Below, in pieces: positions 19,203-28,564 of a DNA stretch of 52,973 bases (the stretch's first letter is position 1; each line of letters opens with the position of its first letter). A program made the position numbers and the translations under genes. The DNA is from a virus (taxonomy: Duplodnaviria; Caudoviricetes): positions 1 through 52,973 of the IMG/VR virus record IMGVR_UViG_3300046777_001769, one strand, 5' to 3'. A model generated the notes under the pieces. That model had not been told where the DNA came from. It saw only the letters and a program-made list of their open reading frames with translations, and did not search any database.

Positions 19203-20123
19203 TCATCCCCAACTCTTTGCCATCGTGAAGTTGGCATGAGAGAATGTCTCACGATCCACTACCTTGAACGATCCAAACTTGTTGTGGATGACATAACCTT
19301 CGTGGAAGGAATCAATACCATTGATAGAACATTCAATGTCGTCAAGTTCGTGAATGAACAGGAACAAATCATCCTTGATAGACTTCACCAACTTCCACAA
19401 ACGGATCAAGTTCTTATCACAATCACATTTTTCTGCAATTTCATCTTCATCAATGACCCTTTGCTCCCTGATGCAGGCATTTAACTCTTTTTTGATTTGT
19501 GATGCCTTGCGATCAGACACAAACTCACATAGGGTGCTCATTTGCTTGGCAAACTTACACACATCTTCCAAATCTTCACGATAAGGGTTCAGAGACACCT
19601 CAGGTTGCACAAACAGAACAGTCTTAGTGCTCACAAACTTGCTAGTGATAGGATGTGCTACCATCTCAGGCAGTTTGTCACCAGTGTAGTAAGTATGAGG
19701 GCAAATGATAATCTCCTGCCGCACAATCTCAGGGAACTTGTAGGTAATCGTATTGGGCATAAATGTATCCAACCCTTTACCAAAACCAATCCAATCACCC
19801 TGATACACTTTCTTAGTGCGAGGCAGAAACTCCAGGCAATAGATAAGGATTTGTGCTACGCGAGGTTGACCACCAAAATGCTCAAATACATCATCCTCAT
19901 TATAGCAAAGGCGAATCTTTTGCTTGTTAAATGCTGCTTTGGTGCAAACAAAAAACTTACCATTCTCAGGATTAGTGCCCCACACAACAGCAGGAGCACC
20001 ATCCATCTTTACGCTGATAAAACTATCAACTTCAGAGAACCAATCAAGAACAGAAAGATCACCATTCAAGATACAATCTTCGGGGTGTTCAATGTGTTTG
20101 TTTTGCATTGGTTTCTTACTCAT
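19203..20123 (-). CDS. DUF6267-like protein with KxDG motif
   Basis: HIEHPED, VKMDGAPAVVWG, FFVCTK, VYQGD, PNTITY, HEGYV, KVVDR..FS.ANF. Confidence 0.75.
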   Translation of the reverse strand: MSKKPMQNKHIEHPEDCILNGDLSVLDWFSEVDSFISVKMDGAPAVVWGTNPENGKFFVCTKAAFNKQKIRLCYNEDDVFEHFGGQPRVAQILIYCLEFLPRTKKVYQGDWIGFGKGLDTFMPNTITYKFPEIVRQEIIICPHTYYTGDKLPEMVAHPITSKFVSTKTVLFVQPEVSLNPYREDLEDVCKFAKQMSTLCEFVSDRKASQIKKELNACIREQRVIDEDEIAEKCDCDKNLIRLWKLVKSIKDDLFLFIHELDDIECSINGIDSFHEGYVIHNKFGSFKVVDRETFSHANFTMAKSWG

Positions 20124-20161
20124 ACTACTAGGACAGTTTGGAGGTGAGCTATTTTATTAGA

Positions 20162-20407
20162 TCAAACTTCTGCCAGTTTGATGAGGCGATTGCGAATGTC
20201 AAACAATTCCATTTCATCCAAATCTGCAGCATCTAAATCTACAGGTGCAAACTCCTCTAGATTTACACTACCATCAGAATAGATGGGGGCATAGTACAAC
20301 TCATCGCCATCTTCTTGTGACAGAGTGTAGACACAACCGTGATTGGTGGAAGTAACAAAAATCATTGGAGTTTCACGAACAAAAGTACAATAAAGGAGCA
20401 CAAGCAT
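20162..20407 (-). CDS. Hypothetical protein (start possibly at the internal MIFVTS)
   Basis: Acidic ORF ending 4 nt before a repeat. Confidence 0.65.
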   Translation of the reverse strand: MLVLLYCTFVRETPMIFVTSTNHGCVYTLSQEDGDELYYAPIYSDGSVNLEEFAPVDLDAADLDEMELFDIRNRLIKLAEV

Positions 20408-20434
20408 AAAAGCAAGTGCTCCTGTGGCAGTTTA

Positions 20435-20704
20435 TCAAGCGGAACGACGCTTGCGAGTTTTGGTAACAGTAGCAGGTACAACTTGAGGTTGATCCACTAC
20501 AACAGCAGGAGAAAGTTGTGCTTTACTGAACTCAATCAGCATGTCAACAAACTTCAGAAACTGAAGAGTTGCAGAGCGAACTTTCTCACTTCCATTGTTC
20601 TCATTGAAGGAACGAATGAAGAATTGAGATACACCGACAACAACAGCAGCGATAGTAGCAATGTTGCGGACGAGAGTATCAACGAACTTCCAGTAAAAAG
20701 TCAT
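20435..20704 (-). CDS. Hypothetical membrane-anchored protein
   Basis: IATIAAVVVGV hydrophobic segment, basic tail. Confidence 0.7.
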   Translation of the reverse strand: MTFYWKFVDTLVRNIATIAAVVVGVSQFFIRSFNENNGSEKVRSATLQFLKFVDMLIEFSKAQLSPAVVVDQPQVVPATVTKTRKRRSA

Positions 20705-20772
20705 GGTTTAGGTTAGAAACTTCTGTGAGGTGCGACCCTCACACTACTAGGACACTTTGGAGGTGAGCTATT

Positions 20773-21579
20773 TTAATTTGTCTCGTAGTTTGTAATGTAA
20801 AGATGCTTCACTTTTGCTCCACTGTGATCCTTATCCTTACCAAATCGTTGGGCATAAGCAAAGTCCTTTTCAATAATGTTAAAGTCTTTGTAACTCTCAC
20901 GATAAAACTCATGGTCAGAATGAATAATCATCCATTTTGCTTTTGTTGCTTTCAGGCAACCTAAAAGGTCTTCATGTAGACTTGAACCACCATCGCCCTG
21001 AGTGTAACCAAGTCGCTCAAGATAGGGTGGATCAATGAACACAAAGTCATCTGCATTGATTTCACCAAACAGATCCACAAATGACCCGTATCTGAATACA
21101 CATCTCTTACTCAAGAAATTGTGATGATCAGGAGACAAATTACAAGAAAATCGTTTATAGTGACCAAAGGGCACATTAAACTCACCTTTGGCATTGTATC
21201 TTTCCATTCCCGAAAAGCACAACTGTCGCACAATAATGTATGATAATGCTCTCTGAAGTGGATCTACACAATCCCACGGTTGATTGATTGCCTCTCGTGC
21301 AGCATAAAACTCCTTCTCAAGATCATCATGCTCCAGTCCTTTGATACAGTCAACCTTCACCTGCAGTTGAGGATAAAGTTCCTCATTTGCAACCACAGAG
21401 TATAAGTTAATGACATCGCGGTTGATGTCACTCATCAGAGCAGGATAACCCAGCCCAAATGATACTGCAGCACCTCCACAGAAAGGTTCTACAACCCTTG
21501 AAAACTGTGAAGGTGCTAGTTGTTTGATGAGTGGCAATTCTTTACTCTTGCCACCCTGGTATTTTACGATTGGTTTCAT
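20773..21579 (-). CDS. DNA N6-adenine methyltransferase (Dam/D12 class)
   Basis: KYQGGK, VEPFCGGAAV (motif I), RYNAKGEFNVPFG, FVFIDPPY (motif IV). Confidence 0.93.
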   Translation of the reverse strand: MKPIVKYQGGKSKELPLIKQLAPSQFSRVVEPFCGGAAVSFGLGYPALMSDINRDVINLYSVVANEELYPQLQVKVDCIKGLEHDDLEKEFYAAREAINQPWDCVDPLQRALSYIIVRQLCFSGMERYNAKGEFNVPFGHYKRFSCNLSPDHHNFLSKRCVFRYGSFVDLFGEINADDFVFIDPPYLERLGYTQGDGGSSLHEDLLGCLKATKAKWMIIHSDHEFYRESYKDFNIIEKDFAYAQRFGKDKDHSGAKVKHLYITNYETN

Positions 21580-21601
21580 AGGTTACTCAATCTTTCTTTT
21601 A

Positions 21602-21610
21602 ATTATAGCA
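21602..21610 (-). promoter_or_regulatory. Extended -10 promoter for the methyltransferase
   Basis: TGCTATAAT immediately after the nuclease stop codon. Confidence 0.6.
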
Positions 21611-22171
21611 TCAAAGACCCATTTCTTCAAGGATAGGAGCAACAACTTCACGGAGGAAGGTAAAGTATTCTTCGGAAGTGAAAGGTGCTTGAATGGTCTC
21701 AATCATCCAATTTACACCATAAACTTCCACACCCTTGTTGTTATACTTGGTTTTTTCTTTCTTGCTAACTTCTGCAACAACGGGGACAAAATACCCCGAC
21801 TTTACATCAACACCAAGAACACTGGTAATGTCCTTGATCTTCTCGTTAGATGCACGAACTTTCTCACTATCAAAGTTGAGATTGCACTTGCTTTCGAGAT
21901 ACCAAGTCTCATCAATTCGGAACAGATGATCAATTTGACGAGTGCGACCATTCACATCAATCAGATTGCTTTCTTCAATGAGGTTTTGTGCCACCAGACT
22001 GTCACTAATAACAGTATTCCAGAATTGCTCAATTCGCTCACCGAAAGCAATCAAAATAGACTGCGGAGAAACACGATCATCAAGACCAAGTGCCTGAAGA
22101 ATGTAAGATTCAGTCTTCTTAGGTTTGATAGAAAGAACCAACGGAAGCAGGTTGTCTTCTAGGTAGGTCAT
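21611..22171 (-). CDS. Putative PD-(D/E)XK restriction-like endonuclease
   Basis: FGERIE helix, then RQIDHLF...WYLESKCN (D...ExK); adjacent to the methyltransferase. Confidence 0.65.
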   Translation of the reverse strand: MTYLEDNLLPLVLSIKPKKTESYILQALGLDDRVSPQSILIAFGERIEQFWNTVISDSLVAQNLIEESNLIDVNGRTRQIDHLFRIDETWYLESKCNLNFDSEKVRASNEKIKDITSVLGVDVKSGYFVPVVAEVSKKEKTKYNNKGVEVYGVNWMIETIQAPFTSEEYFTFLREVVAPILEEMGL

Positions 22172-22216
22172 TTGTTGGATGCTTATACTATGAGTACAGT
22201 TTGGAGGTGATCTATT

Positions 22217-22456
22217 TTAATTCACAGGAAGTTTTGCCATTGACTTACCTTTTTTGTGATCGGTGATATATTTTCTTGCTGAACTTTCAGTCCTACAAAG
22301 TTTATCAAGTTGTTGACCATTGTGAATGATGAGATACTGATTTCCATAAGGAATGGCAGCATAAGTATCCTTGAACATCGTAAATGCTTCTTTCATTATA
22401 CTTTCAAAAAAATAGTGGTTTTGATTGCAGCGGATGACCCATAGGGTCTGTGACAT
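22217..22456 (-). CDS. Hypothetical protein (start probably at MKEAF, 22398)
   Basis: YAAIPYGNQYLIIHNGQQL; stop inside a repeat. Confidence 0.65.
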   Translation of the reverse strand: MSQTLWVIRCNQNHYFFESIMKEAFTMFKDTYAAIPYGNQYLIIHNGQQLDKLCRTESSARKYITDHKKGKSMAKLPVN

Positions 22457-22504
22457 AGAATTGCAGAAAAATCGGGGTTTTGACCCCTATCCCTGGTGGG
22501 GGCG

Positions 22505-23749
22505 TCACCGCCGCACCACACTGATAGCGGGTTCGCCCTTCTGGAAGATCGTATCAACCACAGACTGCACAGCGCGTGCGGTGCTGATACCAACCTTGCT
22601 GTAGACTGGGATGCAAACCAGACCGAACGATTTGGTATACTGACCCAGGTTGCCAGGTTGGATACTGCCATCGCGCAGACCTTTGGCATCATCGTGATGC
22701 AAACGGATGCAACGTCCGATCGTCTGACTGATGCCAATGAAGTCCATGTTACGCAGGAAAAGAACTGCTTCCAGACCGCTCACATTGATACCTTCAGCGA
22801 GGATACTGTGGTGTAGAACAACGAATTTCTTATCGTTATCCTTACCCCAGGCAGATAGGGTGTCGAAGAATACTTCACGGTTCACTTTCTTGCCATCAAT
22901 CACAGCACCAGTCTTGGCAGTAATATACATCCAAGAGTAACCACGTTGCTCTAGTTCAAAGCAGAAATCAGTTTCAGACACAAGAGACACGATTTGCTTG
23001 GTTGCCTTAGCACAAATCAGAATCTTACCGACCTTGTTGTCATCAATGGTTTCCAGCAGGTTAGCAGCATCGCGGTCGAAGTTAGTCTGCTTACCTTGTA
23101 CCATTTCCAGTTGCTTGACGATCACTTTAGGAGGAACAATGTACCCACCTTCGACTAACTCAGGAGCTGGGACTTTGCAGATTACCTGACCATAAACAGC
23201 AGCATCATTCATCCCAGGTTTGCCAGTAGCGAGGGAATGTTTGGGAGTTGCAGTAAAGAAGTAGCAGCGACGTGCGTTAGCAGCAAAGTGCTCAGTTGCA
23301 GGGAAAAAGTGACGCTGAACACTGTTATGTGCCTCATCAAAGTAGATCGTATCCACATCAATTCCTGCCACTTGAAGACGCGACAGAGAGTTGTAAGTGG
23401 TTACAATCAAGCGATGATTGTCAGCATTGGCATCAACCCAGCGACGAATCTCATAGGGACGAGTAGAAGACTCGTGATGCGTCTCTCCCGAGTGGATATG
23501 GAAAACCTTTGCGTTGGTAATAAACTCCAGGAACTCAGAAGACAGTTGCTCAGCGAGCAAGATGCGGGGAGCAACAACAACAATGGTCTGCGGAGTTTCA
23601 GACTGCAACTCACGCAGAGCATCTGAAATCATAGTCAAAGTTTTTCCCGCTCCAGTTGGTTTAATCAACTGTCCTTTATTATGCTTCGCCATAGCATCAA
23701 GACCACGTTGCTGATGTGGGCGAAGTTGGATTTGCATTGGAATCATCAT
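22505..23749 (-). CDS. Superfamily 2 DEAH helicase (type III Res-like)
   Basis: LRPHQ, PTGAGKT (Walker A), DEAH, TAT, LAEGINV, QTIGRCIR. Confidence 0.92.
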   Translation of the reverse strand: MMIPMQIQLRPHQQRGLDAMAKHNKGQLIKPTGAGKTLTMISDALRELQSETPQTIVVVAPRILLAEQLSSEFLEFITNAKVFHIHSGETHHESSTRPYEIRRWVDANADNHRLIVTTYNSLSRLQVAGIDVDTIYFDEAHNSVQRHFFPATEHFAANARRCYFFTATPKHSLATGKPGMNDAAVYGQVICKVPAPELVEGGYIVPPKVIVKQLEMVQGKQTNFDRDAANLLETIDDNKVGKILICAKATKQIVSLVSETDFCFELEQRGYSWMYITAKTGAVIDGKKVNREVFFDTLSAWGKDNDKKFVVLHHSILAEGINVSGLEAVLFLRNMDFIGISQTIGRCIRLHHDDAKGLRDGSIQPGNLGQYTKSFGLVCIPVYSKVGISTARAVQSVVDTIFQKGEPAISVVRR

Positions 23750-23781
23750 CTAGTATTAGGACACTTCAGAGGTGAGTAACT

Positions 23782-23979
23782 TTAATTCGCCTTCTTATAG
23801 TAGTTCAGTTTATCAATCACACCTTGCATTGTAGCACGATTGTACCCATTCGCAAAGGATGGACTTCTCTCAGTTTCAGGATTAGAACTGAAATCAACAT
23901 TCTTGGAGACATTAACACCCTCTTGGAGAAGGCGAATGACATCATCAAAGACAAAATCAGGGATTTGAATGTAATTCAT
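23782..23979 (-). CDS. Hypothetical protein
   Basis: C-terminal part (MNYIQIPD) of ORF-track 23782-24135; the upstream part crosses a promoter element. Confidence 0.65.
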   Translation of the reverse strand: MNYIQIPDFVFDDVIRLLQEGVNVSKNVDFSSNPETERSPSFANGYNRATMQGVIDKLNYYKKAN

Positions 23980-24007
23980 TGCTTTCAGTGGTTTGATAGG
24001 TAAAGAC

Positions 24008-24063
24008 AAAATAGCACGCTTACAGGCGACTGTGGAGCGTGCTGGTGGGCAGTTAATCAACCG
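24008..24063 (-). promoter_or_regulatory. Stem-loop early promoter element (dyad box + hairpin + -10)
   Basis: CGGTT-GATT-AACTGCCCAC, AGCACGCT...AGCGTGCT hairpin, TGCTATTTT. Confidence 0.6.
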
Positions 24064-24274
24064 CGAACATTTCATCAAACAACCAATCACCAGAACGCTC
24101 TTTTTCTTCCCATACTTTGTTAGCGTTCTCAGCAATCATTGCTTGCTCAATCTTCATATCAAGGGCAGATTTGGTCATGAACCAGTTACCGTTGCGGTCT
24201 TGCCAAAGCATAATGTTTTGAGTGTTGTCCTTATACTACTAGGACACTTTGGAGGTGAGTAACTTTAATTGGTC

Positions 24275-24952
24275 TCAACTCCCTGATGCTTGTGCTGCTG
24301 CTTTTGCTTTTGCTCTCATACGAACAGCAACAGCATTACTCCACTTTCCACCATCTGCTTCGTATTCTCTACGCATTTGTGCAAGAATCTCAGTAGCAGA
24401 TTTCTTAGTTTTTTGTGCTGCTTGAGTTTTCTCTCTATTTCTAGCAGCATCTCTCTCCTGACGTGTCATAGGAGCACCAGTTTCTGTTTTCCACTGTCTG
24501 CGTGGTTTTGCTGCTGGTTTCTTTTCTTGTTGTGGTTTAGCTTGAGCGATTGCTTGTGATGCAGTCTTTGGTTGTTCTTTACCACTTTCTTTTGCTTTAC
24601 GCTCAAGATATGCTTTACGCTGTCTCTCTTTAGCAGTCATTGCAGCACTTCCTTGAGTTCCTGCAGTTCCAGGTTTCAATGCTGTTGCACCTGCTCCTCT
24701 TCCAGGTGCAGGTGCTGAAGATCCTCTTTGCTGACCAACATCTTTGCGTGTCTTATAAGCAACTGGTTCAGTTTTACCACCACCAACTGCTTTTACTCTG
24801 CGTCTTTCAGGAGCAGTCTTTTTGCGCTCTTTACCTATTCTACCACCTGCACCAGTTTTGATAATGGAAGCACCACCGCCCCAACCAAGTTTACTAGCAG
24901 CATCAGCATCAGATGCTTCGCAAAGTGACATAAACTCCTGAAAACTACGCAT
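24275..24952 (-). CDS. Basic low-complexity protein, putative internal head protein
   Basis: N-terminus MRSFQEFMSLCE resembles the T4 capsid targeting sequence MKTYQEFIAE; CTAAATA late core near 24979. Confidence 0.65.
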   Translation of the reverse strand: MRSFQEFMSLCEASDADAASKLGWGGGASIIKTGAGGRIGKERKKTAPERRRVKAVGGGKTEPVAYKTRKDVGQQRGSSAPAPGRGAGATALKPGTAGTQGSAAMTAKERQRKAYLERKAKESGKEQPKTASQAIAQAKPQQEKKPAAKPRRQWKTETGAPMTRQERDAARNREKTQAAQKTKKSATEILAQMRREYEADGGKWSNAVAVRMRAKAKAAAQASGS

Positions 24953-24981
24953 TGTTCTATCTAAACACTACTTTTTAGTAT

Positions 24982-25182
24982 TTAGAACTCTTCTTCCTTT
25001 GCTTTATATGCACCTTTGAATACACGTCCTTCAGCATAAAATTGCTTCACACGTTCACGTCGGGTAGCAAGTAGGAGATCATATTCTTCTTGTTGCTGTT
25101 TAGTGAACTTAAAATCTTGCTTCCTCCAAGCATCTTTCAGTTCACGAATGTGAGGAAGCACGTTAGGGATTTGTTCAATCAT
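24982..25182 (-). CDS. Hypothetical protein
   Basis: 66-aa ORF. Confidence 0.7.
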   Translation of the reverse strand: MIEQIPNVLPHIRELKDAWRKQDFKFTKQQQEEYDLLLATRRERVKQFYAEGRVFKGAYKAKEEEF

Positions 25183-25186
25183 TTGT

Positions 25187-25378
25187 TCAGGATACAGTAG
25201 AATTGTGATCGGTGGGGGTTTCTGTAGACACTTGCTTAGGTGTCACACGAACATTGTAAGGAGAATAATAAAACCGCTTGAAGGCAGTAACAACAATAAC
25301 AAACGCTGAAATGACACCAACCAAACCAAGGATGGTAACAGCATCGCCTCCAAAAGTATAAGTTTCAGGCATAATCAA
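25187..25378 (-). CDS. Small membrane protein
   Basis: One hydrophobic helix VTILGLVGVISAFVIVVTAF. Confidence 0.7.
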   Translation of the reverse strand: MIMPETYTFGGDAVTILGLVGVISAFVIVVTAFKRFYYSPYNVRVTPKQVSTETPTDHNSTVS

Positions 25379-25592
25379 TAATCATAGTTTCCGTTAAGGT
25401 ATTCATTCACATCAAACTTGGTGTGAACATTGGGGAAAAGTCGGTCATCATCTTCCCCATCAGAGAGAAACTCATTCATCTCTTCAACAAAATCAAAGGT
25501 AGAAAAGTCTTCAATTTGAATGTCGTCGAAGCAGTCCATAATTTGTTTCTTGCCTACATTACTAGGACACTTTGAAGGTGAGCTATTTTAAT

Positions 25593-26171
25593 TCAACGAG
25601 AAAGTATTGCTCTCATTTCTGCTCTTTTCTGTGCTTGTTGTGCTCTTGCCTCCGCGCCAAGTTCTTGATGAACATGTTTAATTTGTGCAGTTTTTTGTGC
25701 TGCTTGTCGCATTGCCACTTGCTTACTATAAAGATTTGGCTTCATATGCGGAGTTTGCTCTGTTTGCAACTCTCTCTTAATTTCCCTTTTTAGAGTTTCT
25801 CTTTCGGAAGATGCTTGTTGCTTCTCTCTTTGAGATGCTTTATAGTCTGCAACTTTTTGTTTATATGCTTGCATTTGCCCAAATTGTCTTTGTCGAAGAT
25901 CTTGTCTTCTTTGTTCTAGATCTTCATCAATCTTTTTGACAGATTTTGCTAGTTTCTTTATTCTATCAGTTACTGCCTTGCCTCCACTACGCTTCACAAT
26001 CAACTTATCAACTTCTTTCTTTTTCGGTTTACCCATTGGACCATCATAACGCTGAAGAGTATAGGAAATATTCCCTTCACTATCTCTCTTGTAAGTTCCA
26101 GGAACTGCATGTGGAGGAGTATCAGGTTTCTTACCCTCGCAGATTTGATAAAACTCTCTGAATGTTAGCAT
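25593..26171 (-). CDS. Basic coiled-coil protein, putative internal head protein
   Basis: N-terminus MLTFREFYQICE (CTS-like). Confidence 0.65.
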   Translation of the reverse strand: MLTFREFYQICEGKKPDTPPHAVPGTYKRDSEGNISYTLQRYDGPMGKPKKKEVDKLIVKRSGGKAVTDRIKKLAKSVKKIDEDLEQRRQDLRQRQFGQMQAYKQKVADYKASQREKQQASSERETLKREIKRELQTEQTPHMKPNLYSKQVAMRQAAQKTAQIKHVHQELGAEARAQQAQKRAEMRAILSR

Positions 26172-26172
26172 T

Positions 26173-26819
26173 TTATCCTAATTCTCCCATTGCTTTTTGC
26201 TTACGAAGTTTCTTGGGGTTCTTCGTCTTGTCTGCAGAGAAGTTATCATCATTCTCATTATCAGGATCTACAGCACTACGATGTCTCGTGCGTCTTTCTT
26301 CATCATCCAGGTTTGAACGCATTCTCTTTGCTTCATCTGGAGAATATCTTCTACCACTGTTATACCATTCCTTACCTACATGACCTCTCTTCACAGCATC
26401 AGCACGAGTAGCAGACGCTTTTGCTTTTTTACGATTTGCCTTGAAATCTTTCATCGTCATACCTTCAGCAATCATAATACTCTCTCTCCACTCTTCACTC
26501 ATATTCACCATAATTGCAGATGCTGCCTCTTCAGTTTCAGCATATCCTTCATCAAGAAGATGTGAGAGGATGATGTCGTAAATATCTACTTGTTCTTTTT
26601 GCTCTTTTCTTTTTTCAATCTTTTTCATTCCTCGTTTAGCACCCTCAAATCTTTTAGATAGAGTTTTTTTATCTCCTCTAACAAATGCTCCCACAGCAGA
26701 AGCAGCATTTTTGCCGCATAAGATTGCGTTTTTTGTGGAGTATCTAATACTTCATCAAGTTGATTACTAACAACTTCCAAATATGCTTCTTGAAGATTGC
26801 GAATGTCTTGAGCGTCCAT
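26173..26819 (-). pseudogene. Late gene split by a 1-nt frameshift (ORFs 26625-26819 and 26173-26694)
   Basis: Adding one A to the A5 run at 26708-26712 joins MDAQDIRNLQEAYLEV...YAAK to NAASAVGAFVRGDK...; TATAAATA at 26840-26847. May be an assembly error. Confidence 0.6.
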
Positions 26820-26848
26820 GTTACGAATAACTTTTTAGATATTTATAT

Positions 26849-27139
26849 TCACTCAAACTCAAGGGTCTTATTTGAGTATTTGACTGATGGAGTTTCATAC
26901 TCTGGAATAGTAGAAGTTTCCACAAATACTTCAATCTTCGTCTCATCATTCCAGTGACGAATTACACCAGCGACAATAAAAGCATTGGTAATCAAATACG
27001 TTGCAAAAATAAAAGTTCGGATAAGGGCAACCTTATCCGATTCACGATCACATTTACTTGCTTTTTCACCTAATGCTTTCGCCCACCAACGCCAAGCACT
27101 CTTGTTCTTCTTCATATCTTGATTTTCTTGATCTAACAT
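26849..27139 (-). CDS. Membrane protein
   Basis: WRWWAKALGEKA..D.VA.IRT + hydrophobic helix + IRHW. Confidence 0.75.
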   Translation of the reverse strand: MLDQENQDMKKNKSAWRWWAKALGEKASKCDRESDKVALIRTFIFATYLITNAFIVAGVIRHWNDETKIEVFVETSTIPEYETPSVKYSNKTLEFE

Positions 27140-27341
27140 ACTTCAACTGTTTCCAATCTTCTTTGTAACAAACTACAAGCAATCTTTCATTCTTATGAAT
27201 AGGACAACATTCATAGTTTTCTTCATCTTTAGGGCGAACAACATATTCAATCGTTATGTATTCATCATCCCTAAAATAAACCCAACCCTCAACACCTTTT
27301 GTCCATTCAACATAATCATTGACTTGTGGTTTGTATGTCAT
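27066..27341 (-). CDS. Hypothetical protein
   Basis: MTYKPQVNDYVEW..EGWVYF; ATGA overlap with the upstream gene. Confidence 0.7.
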   Translation of the reverse strand: MTYKPQVNDYVEWTKGVEGWVYFRDDEYITIEYVVRPKDEENYECCPIHKNERLLVVCYKEDWKQLKYVRSRKSRYEEEQECLALVGESIR

Positions 27342-27697
27342 ACAAAGAACGCATCTAATGGGGACTGCTTGATGGGCATTGTAGTGTAATTTCGCGTTTC
27401 CTTGATATTTACACAAGCACCAATGGTTTTACTATTGATGGGGGCGAAATACTCTCTGGTTTTGGTATTGTAGAAGGAGTGTATAGTTCTGGTTGGAACA
27501 CCATTATTATAGACAAACTTGCGAGTGTTGCATAACCAAATACTGACAACATTTCGCTTGAACTCTTCACACTCATAATAGTATCCTTCAGGGGCAGAAT
27601 AGGGGAGAGGCGGAACTTCAACAGTCATAGAACTTGTCACGCGACATGTACTCAATTTGTTTTTGCAGTTGTGAGATTTCGTGTTCTTGTTCTGCAA
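27338..27697 (-). CDS. Hypothetical protein (start probably at MTVEVP, 27628)
   Basis: APEGYYY...VSIWL...FYNTKT..YFAPINSK. Confidence 0.7.
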   Translation of the reverse strand: MQNKNTKSHNCKNKLSTCRVTSSMTVEVPPLPYSAPEGYYYECEEFKRNVVSIWLCNTRKFVYNNGVPTRTIHSFYNTKTREYFAPINSKTIGACVNIKETRNYTTMPIKQSPLDAFFV

Positions 27698-27784
27698 TTT
27701 TACTTTGCAGTTGTTCGATACGTTCTTGATACTGTTTCTTCAAATCAAACACCATCTTATTGGTGTGAGTAACGTGATTAGTCA

Positions 27785-28027
27785 TCAGGTTGTAAAGGAT
27801 TCGACTACGCCAGATTCTACATCCTCGGCAAGAGCATAAGTTCTTGCGCTTAACACATTTTCACGAAGAGTTGTGTAATGCTGCTCATAGAAGTTCCCAT
27901 CATCTTCTGCAGAAATCAGATCGAAACACTCATTGTCGTTTTCAGCAATAACATTCCAAAGTCCACCATATTCACTGGAGGGAAAAGGGATGTAATGGTC
28001 AACGATGTAAAGAAACTTTTGTGCCAT
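27785..28027 (-). CDS. Hypothetical protein
   Basis: 80 aa; TTGACG-N17-TACAAT promoter at 28051-28079. Confidence 0.75.
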   Translation of the reverse strand: MAQKFLYIVDHYIPFPSSEYGGLWNVIAENDNECFDLISAEDDGNFYEQHYTTLRENVLSARTYALAEDVESGVVESFTT

Positions 28028-28564
28028 TTTTATTCGTAAATTACCTCTTAATTGTAGTAGTTTTCGTCGCCTTCGTCAAGATTATTTTGGTCAGCAGCAA
28101 AGATAAATGCTGCACCGATTGTAAGTAGAGAACCCAGTCCCATTCCAAGTAGAAAAGTCATCAATAAAACTCCGCCAAGTAGTAGTCAACGGGAACTTCA
28201 AGTTTAGCTGCTTCCCGTTCAACTTCTTTCCAGAACTCTTCTGCTACTTTGTTCATTTCTGCTTGTTTAATGAGATCACGAAGTTTTTTAGAAATCATTT
28301 TAGTTAAAATGCGATTCGTTTTTTGGTCGAATTACCTTAAAATAGTAGGTAAGTATCAATAATACTAATACTACCAACATAAGGTAGGTAAAGACACCAA
28401 CTGCAAGCGTCATTTAATCTCAGCAGAGGGAGGTTTCTTTAGATTATCTATCGCTTTAGAACGATAGTAGGCATCATAAAGACTTTCATCACGCTGGATT
28501 AGAAAGATATTCCAACCAAGAATGACTGCAAAACCAATCAATCCAGCAACAATGTATTTGCGGT

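Noticed and set aside
16200-20147. Plus-strand ORFs ending HTTRTLWR or HTTRTVWR (16200, 17945, 18932, 19542) as a protein family
   Set aside because: The shared tail is the repeat translated on the antisense strand; these ORFs shadow real minus-strand genes.
14691-25591. Classical integron attC array
   Set aside because: No RYYYAAC...GTTRRRY ends, no long attC hairpin and no integrase in the window; only the architecture is analogous.
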